Of a DNA stretch of 41,399 bases, positions 36,543 to 41,399 are shown piece by piece. The position numbers and the translations under genes are program-made. Within the stretch, counting starts at the first letter, position 1. Each line of letters begins with the position of its first letter. The stretch is from Clostridia bacterium (GTDB lineage Bacteria > Bacillota > Clostridia > UBA1381). The notes under the pieces are model-generated. The model had not been told where the DNA came from. It was given only the letters and a program-made list of their open reading frames with translations, and did not search any database. Where the stretch lies: NCBI GenBank assembly GCA_017468095.1, contig JAFUJN010000125.1, positions 1-41,399 of the forward strand, read 5' to 3'.

Positions 36543-36551
36543 TACTTTTTA

Positions 36552-37832
36552 TTACTTAAGCTTAATTTCGCATCCGCCTACAGGACGAATTGAAAGAATG
36601 TGGCACATTCCATCGCCTAAAACAGCTTCAACCTTTTCTTTAAACTCATCCAAAATATCAAATGGTACAAATGCCTGAATTGTTCCGGCAAAACCACCGC
36701 CGTGAACACGGTATGCACCGCGGTCTCCTAAAATATCATCGCAAAGTGCTAAAGAAAGGCTTACTGCCTGACTATTTGGCTTGCACACCGCAAAAACATT
36801 CTGCAAATATGTATAGGAAGAAAGTCCTGACTTTTTAACAAGCTTTAAGAACTTATCAAAATCGCCGTCCTTTAGTGCCTTTGCTTCTTCCTTTGCCCTT
36901 TGGGTTTCGTTAAAGTAGTGGAACGCACGAAGCACGGCACGGTCGTCATTTATCGCTTCCCTTATATCCTTTATTTTTGCCATAAATTCTTCCTTGGAAA
37001 CATCATTTAGAACATCCTTTCCAAAGAAATTTGCAACCTTTTTCATTTCGTTTGGTACTGCGGCATATTCGTCGGTTAAATCTGCGTGGTCAGCACCTGT
37101 ATCAATAATGCAAAGTGCATGATTTGTTTTTGCAAAATCAAAATCAATCTTTTCAACAACCGGCTTTTCCTTATCCGCAAAATCTATTGCCACCATTCCG
37201 GAAACAGATGATGCCATCTGGTCAAGCAGTCCGCAAGGCTTGCCAAAATATACATTTTCTGCAAACTGACCGATTTTTGCAATCTCAACAGGGTTTACTT
37301 CGCCGTTTGCAAACATCTCGTTTACAATATTTCCCAAAAGAACTTCGTAGGCTGCAGATGAACTCATTCCTGAGCCCTTTAAAACGCTTGAAATCGCATA
37401 GGCATCAAAGCCCTTAACCTCATATCCCATCTGGACAAACTTTGCCACAACGCCACGGATTAGTGCTTCGGATTTTCCAAATTCTTTCTCGTTTGCAGAA
37501 AGCTCTGAAAGGCTTACGATAGACATTGGATAGCCTTCTGATTTAATTCTTATTTCGTTTGTGCCGTTTTCACGTGCTGCACCTATTATGTCAAGGTTAA
37601 GACCGCCGGCAAGTACCGCACCATGCTGGTGGTCGGTATGGTTTCCGCCGATTTCGGTTCTTCCCGGAGCTGAGAATAGTCTTACGTCTTCGTCCACTCC
37701 AAAGGTTTCCACAAAACCATCTATCACCGTTTCAAATCTTTTGATGTAGTGGTTTCTGTCCGCTTCTTTGCAAGCATAGATGTACTCGATGTCAATAAAT
37801 TTTAGCTTTTCCTTGAGGTCTGTTGTTTTCAT
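36552..37832 (-). CDS. Galactokinase-family (GHMP) sugar kinase
   Basis: 426 aa. PGRTEIGGNHTDHQHG resembles GalK motif I. GHMP motif KGSGMSSSAA. C-terminal HGGGFAGT. Confidence 0.78.
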   Translation of the reverse strand: MKTTDLKEKLKFIDIEYIYACKEADRNHYIKRFETVIDGFVETFGVDEDVRLFSAPGRTEIGGNHTDHQHGAVLAGGLNLDIIGAARENGTNEIRIKSEGYPMSIVSLSELSANEKEFGKSEALIRGVVAKFVQMGYEVKGFDAYAISSVLKGSGMSSSAAYEVLLGNIVNEMFANGEVNPVEIAKIGQFAENVYFGKPCGLLDQMASSVSGMVAIDFADKEKPVVEKIDFDFAKTNHALCIIDTGADHADLTDEYAAVPNEMKKVANFFGKDVLNDVSKEEFMAKIKDIREAINDDRAVLRAFHYFNETQRAKEEAKALKDGDFDKFLKLVKKSGLSSYTYLQNVFAVCKPNSQAVSLSLALCDDILGDRGAYRVHGGGFAGTIQAFVPFDILDEFKEKVEAVLGDGMCHILSIRPVGGCEIKLK

Positions 37833-37834
37833 AA

Positions 37835-38686
37835 TTAGTTCTCCTTATTTACTATTGCTGCTTTTAGTGTATTTTTCATAAGCATTGCAATCGTCATAGG
37901 CCCAACTCCCCCCGGAACAGGCGTAATTGCTGATGCAACTTTTTCTGCTGATTCAAATTCTACGTCGCCGACAAGCTTTTTGTTCTCTAAACGGTTAATT
38001 CCAACGTCGATTACCACGGCACCTTCTTTTATCATTTCTCCTGTGATAAATTCAGGTCTTCCAACGGCAACAACCAAGATGTCGGCACGTTTTGTAACTT
38101 CCTTTAAATCACGTGTTTTAGAGTGGCAAACGGTAACCGTTCCGTTTTTGTGAAGAAGTAGCATACTCATAGGCTTTCCAACAATATTGCTTCTTCCAAC
38201 AATAACACACTCTTTTCCCGAAATATCAATTCCGCTCTCGGCGATTAGCTCCATAACTCCTGCCGGTGTGCAAGGCACGAAATCATAGTTGCCTATCATA
38301 ATCTTGCCCACATTCACAGGATGGAACGCATCAACGTCCTTTTTGGGATTGATTCGGTTTATAACCTTTTCTTCATCAAGGCCTTTTGGCAGCGGCAGCT
38401 GAACCAAAATTCCTGAAATTTTGTTGTCACAATTTAGCTTATCAATAAGTGCCAAAAGCTCTTCTTCCGATGTTTCGGCTGGCAGCGCATATTCTTCGGA
38501 CAAAATTCCAAGCTCACAGCAGGCCTTTTTCTTGTTGTTTACATAAACACGGCTGGCAGGGTCATCACCCACGATAACAACTGCAAGTCCCGGCATAATA
38601 CCCTGAGCTTTCAGCTTATCTGCCTCTTCTTTTAGCTCCGCCTTTATTCTTGCCGACACTTCTTTGCCGCTTAATATTTTTGCCAT
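37835..38686 (-). CDS. folD: Bifunctional methylenetetrahydrofolate dehydrogenase/cyclohydrolase
   Basis: 283 aa. [40 protein letters not shown]. Strong GGAAGGAGAA SD. Confidence 0.96.
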   Translation of the reverse strand: MAKILSGKEVSARIKAELKEEADKLKAQGIMPGLAVVIVGDDPASRVYVNNKKKACCELGILSEEYALPAETSEEELLALIDKLNCDNKISGILVQLPLPKGLDEEKVINRINPKKDVDAFHPVNVGKIMIGNYDFVPCTPAGVMELIAESGIDISGKECVIVGRSNIVGKPMSMLLLHKNGTVTVCHSKTRDLKEVTKRADILVVAVGRPEFITGEMIKEGAVVIDVGINRLENKKLVGDVEFESAEKVASAITPVPGGVGPMTIAMLMKNTLKAAIVNKEN

Positions 38687-40490
38687 CTCTATTCTCCTTC
38701 CATGGTCTTATAAGGCATCTTGGCCCATAGCCGATAAGGTCAGTCCTGTCCGCTATTCGCAAGGCTTCTTCAATAAGTCTGCGGTTTTCAGGCTTCGCGA
38801 ACTGCAAAAGTGCCCTTTGCATAGCCTTTTCCTTTGGGCTTTTTGGCACGTATACGCTTTTACCTGTCATCGGGTCAATGCCTGTATAGAACATACAGGT
38901 TGAGATTGTTCCAGGTGTTGGGTAAAAGTCCTGTACCTGTTGCGGATTTATGCCGTTTTCCCGCAAATATACAGCCAAACGTATGGCATCCGATAATGTG
39001 CTTCCCGGATGGGATGACATAAGGTACGGCACAAGATACTGCTTTTTGCCAAGTTGCTCATTTATTTTTTTATACTTTTCGGAAAACCGCTTGTAAACAT
39101 CATTTGACGGCTTTCCCATATATTTTAGTACATTATCCGAAATATGCTCCGGTGCCACCTTAAGCTGACCGCTTACGTGGTGCTTCACCAGATCATAAAA
39201 GAACTTGTCATTCTTGTCATTTATCAGATAGTCAAACCTGATACCCGAGCGGATAAATACCTTTTTAACACCTTTTACGCTTCGAAGCTTTTCCAAAAGC
39301 TCGCCGTATTCCTTGTGGCTTATTTCCATATTCTTACAAGGCGTTGGATACAGGCATTGTCTATCCTTACAAGCGCCCTGGGTCAGTTGCTTTTTACAAG
39401 CAGGAAATCTGAAATTCGCCGTTGGGCCACCAACATCGTGGATATAGCCCTTAAAATCGGGCAGTTTTGTCATTTCTTCTGCTTCTTTTAAGATAGATTC
39501 CTGACTTCGCGAAGTAACAATTCTTCCCTGATGAAAGGCAAGAGCACAGAAGTTGCAACTGCCGAAGCATCCACGGGAGCTGGCAATAGAAAACTTAACT
39601 TCGGTTATTGCGGGAACACCGCCGTGTTTTTCATACATCGGGTGGTAGTTCTTCATATAGAAAAGGTCATAGGTTCTGTCAAGCTCTTCGCGTGATAACG
39701 GTTCTTGGGGTGGATTTTGCACCAGATACTTATCCCCGTGCTTTTGCACAACCGTTTTGCCCCTGTATGGATTCTGCTCTAAATGCTGAAGCTTTGTTGC
39801 TTCGGCATAGGCCTTTTTGCTTTCAAAACATTCTTCAAAAGACGGTATTTTTATACTGTCATAAATATCGTCGGTATCGGACAGGTAACAAGTGCCCTTG
39901 ATATAGGTGATGTCCTTAACATCCATCCCGCTTGCCAGGCAATCTGCAAGCTCCACAATCTGTCTTTCACCCATACCATACATTAAAATATCTGCACGGC
40001 TGTCTAAAAGGATTGAACGCCTTACCTTATCATCCCAGTAATCATAGTGAGCAAACCTGCGAAGGCTTGCTTCAACTCCGCCGATTAGGATAGGAATATC
40101 CCCAAACACTTCGCGGATGCGGTTACAGTACACAATAGTGGCTCTGTCAGGGCGCATCCCCGCTTTTCCGCCTGGGGAATAAAGGTCTTCGCTTCTGCGT
40201 TTTTTCGCCGCAGTATAGTGGTTAACCATAGAGTCAATATTACCGGCGCTCACCAAAACACCAAGCCTTGGTCTTCCAAGCCTTTTAAAGTCCTTTGTGC
40301 CCTGCCAGTTAGGCTGGGCTATGATGCCCACCTTGTAACCCGCATTCTCCAAAACTCGCATAATTATTGCGTGGCCAAAACTTGGGTGGTCAACATAGGC
40401 ATCGCCGGAAATATAAAGAAAATCAAGCTGGTCCCAACCGCGACGTTCCATATCACCGCGGTTGACCGGCAAAAAATCATTCTTCGTCAT
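38616..40490 (-). CDS. YgiQ-family (UPF0313) radical SAM protein
   Basis: 624 aa. N-terminal [42 protein letters not shown] cluster motif. K/R-rich tail. The last 71 nt overlap folD. Confidence 0.9.
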   Translation of the reverse strand: MTKNDFLPVNRGDMERRGWDQLDFLYISGDAYVDHPSFGHAIIMRVLENAGYKVGIIAQPNWQGTKDFKRLGRPRLGVLVSAGNIDSMVNHYTAAKKRRSEDLYSPGGKAGMRPDRATIVYCNRIREVFGDIPILIGGVEASLRRFAHYDYWDDKVRRSILLDSRADILMYGMGERQIVELADCLASGMDVKDITYIKGTCYLSDTDDIYDSIKIPSFEECFESKKAYAEATKLQHLEQNPYRGKTVVQKHGDKYLVQNPPQEPLSREELDRTYDLFYMKNYHPMYEKHGGVPAITEVKFSIASSRGCFGSCNFCALAFHQGRIVTSRSQESILKEAEEMTKLPDFKGYIHDVGGPTANFRFPACKKQLTQGACKDRQCLYPTPCKNMEISHKEYGELLEKLRSVKGVKKVFIRSGIRFDYLINDKNDKFFYDLVKHHVSGQLKVAPEHISDNVLKYMGKPSNDVYKRFSEKYKKINEQLGKKQYLVPYLMSSHPGSTLSDAIRLAVYLRENGINPQQVQDFYPTPGTISTCMFYTGIDPMTGKSVYVPKSPKEKAMQRALLQFAKPENRRLIEEALRIADRTDLIGYGPRCLIRPWKENRDGKNIKRQRSVGKNKGGAKRRGR

Positions 40491-41399
40491 ACTCTTCTGT
40501 TTCGTCGTAATCTACTTCTAATTCTTCTTCAACGTCCTCGTCATAGTCGTCTTCATACACATTTGTATCGTCATACAAAGCACGAATTCTATTAAGGTAA
40601 ACTTCTCTTGGTTTTGAGCCGTTTGCACCGCCGATAAGACCTCGGGTTTCCATCTGGTCAACAATTCGTCTTGCTCTTGCATAGCCAACCTTCATCTTTG
40701 TCTGGATGATAGATGTTGAAATTTCCCCACGCTCTGCCGCAAGCTCTATTGCCTGAGGAAGTAGCTCGTCTGCATCGTCGCCGTCATTTTCGTCGGTTAC
40801 GCCATTATCACCTGTTGCCATACGTTCAATATGGTCTGCCAAATCCTGTGCATAGCTTGTCTCTTCGGAATTTTCCTTAATAAATGCGATAAGGCTTTCG
40901 ATTTCTTCATCCGATACAAAGGCACCCTGAACACGCATAGCGTTTGGAAGCCCTGTCGGGTGATAAAGCATATCGCCCTTACCCAAAAGCTTTTCTGCAC
41001 CAACTTTGTCAAGGATTGTTCTTGAGTCCACGCCTGATGATACCGCAAATGCGATACGGCTTGGCACATTTGCCTTGATTAAGCCTGTGATAACGTCAAC
41101 TGACGGTCTTTGTGTTGCGATAATTAAGTGAATACCTGCAGCTCTTGCAAGCTGTGCCAATCGGCAAATATAATCTTCAACTTCCTTTGCCGCAACCATC
41201 ATAAGGTCCGCAAGCTCGTCAATTATAATAACAATCTGTGGCAGTTTTTCTGTTCCGTTTTTCTCTGCCTGTTCGTTATAGCCCTTTAGGTTTCTTGTTG
41301 CAGTTTCAGCAAAAAGTGCATATCGGCGCATCATTTCGCCAACTGCCCAGTTTAGTGCACCTGCCGCCTTTTTCGGGTCGGTAACAACAGGAATTAAAA
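40477..41399 (-). CDS. ftsK: DNA translocase FtsK/SpoIIIE, C-terminal part (5' end beyond the window)
   Basis: The frame is open to nt 41399 ([26 protein letters not shown]...). [26 protein letters not shown]. Gamma winged-helix [25 protein letters not shown]. Acidic tail. Confidence 0.93.
   Translation of the reverse strand, partial: LIPVVTDPKKAAGALNWAVGEMMRRYALFAETATRNLKGYNEQAEKNGTEKLPQIVIIIDELADLMMVAAKEVEDYICRLAQLARAAGIHLIIATQRPSVDVITGLIKANVPSRIAFAVSSGVDSRTILDKVGAEKLLGKGDMLYHPTGLPNAMRVQGAFVSDEEIESLIAFIKENSEETSYAQDLADHIERMATGDNGVTDENDGDDADELLPQAIELAAERGEISTSIIQTKMKVGYARARRIVDQMETRGLIGGANGSKPREVYLNRIRALYDDTNVYEDDYDEDVEEELEVDYDETEEYDEE

Noticed and set aside
1-41399. Mobile elements, CRISPR arrays, prophage, toxin-antitoxin or defence islands
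   Set aside because: I looked for transposase, integrase or recombinase motifs, terminal inverted repeats, regularly spaced direct repeats and small paired ORFs. Every sizeable ORF has a housekeeping or plausible core assignment, and no spaced repeat array exists.

Overview
The window looks like core chromosome from a low-GC Firmicute, probably Clostridia (this taxon call is inference from gene content, synteny and a CIRCE element). About 45 genes are packed tightly, mostly on the minus strand. They fall into classic Firmicute blocks joined in unusual ways. Block 1 is gdpP-rplI-dnaB-tilS-ftsH plus a DUF1858 gene, with no hpt between tilS and ftsH. Block 2 is hemW-hrcA-grpE-dnaK-dnaJ with a perfect CIRCE operator. 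Block 3 is pyrH-frr-uppS-cdsA-dxr-rseP-ispG joined directly to aroQ-pepP-efp. Block 4 is ftsK-ygiQ-folD plus a GHMP sugar kinase. Two plus-strand islands carry an SGNH hydrolase with luxS-PRTase-mtnN-Nudix, and ogg, a Cys-rich ORF, fba and a polysaccharide deacetylase. I found no transposase, integrase, phage gene, CRISPR array, tRNA/rRNA or recognisable defence or toxin module, so I cannot support a multi-gene novel system here. The observations worth following up are mostly RNA or regulatory: (1) an orphan ~160-nt minus-strand transcription unit with a consensus promoter, a foldable RNA and an intrinsic terminator but no credible ORF (19594-19787); (2) gdpP, the c-di-AMP phosphodiesterase gene, interrupted by two in-frame TAA codons 45 nt apart with homology intact on both sides; (3) a ~218-nt pyrH leader made of three direct and three inverted copies of AGCTAAATT; (4) a GC-rich three-way-junction palindrome plus terminator beside thiT. 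Several uncharacterised proteins are also flagged: a sigma factor coupled to a membrane protein, a poly-Asp zinc-ribbon protein with a CDCDCDDDCDCGCHE tail, and a multi-CxxC protein coupled to ogg. All calls come from reading the sequence and the ORF track, with no database searches.
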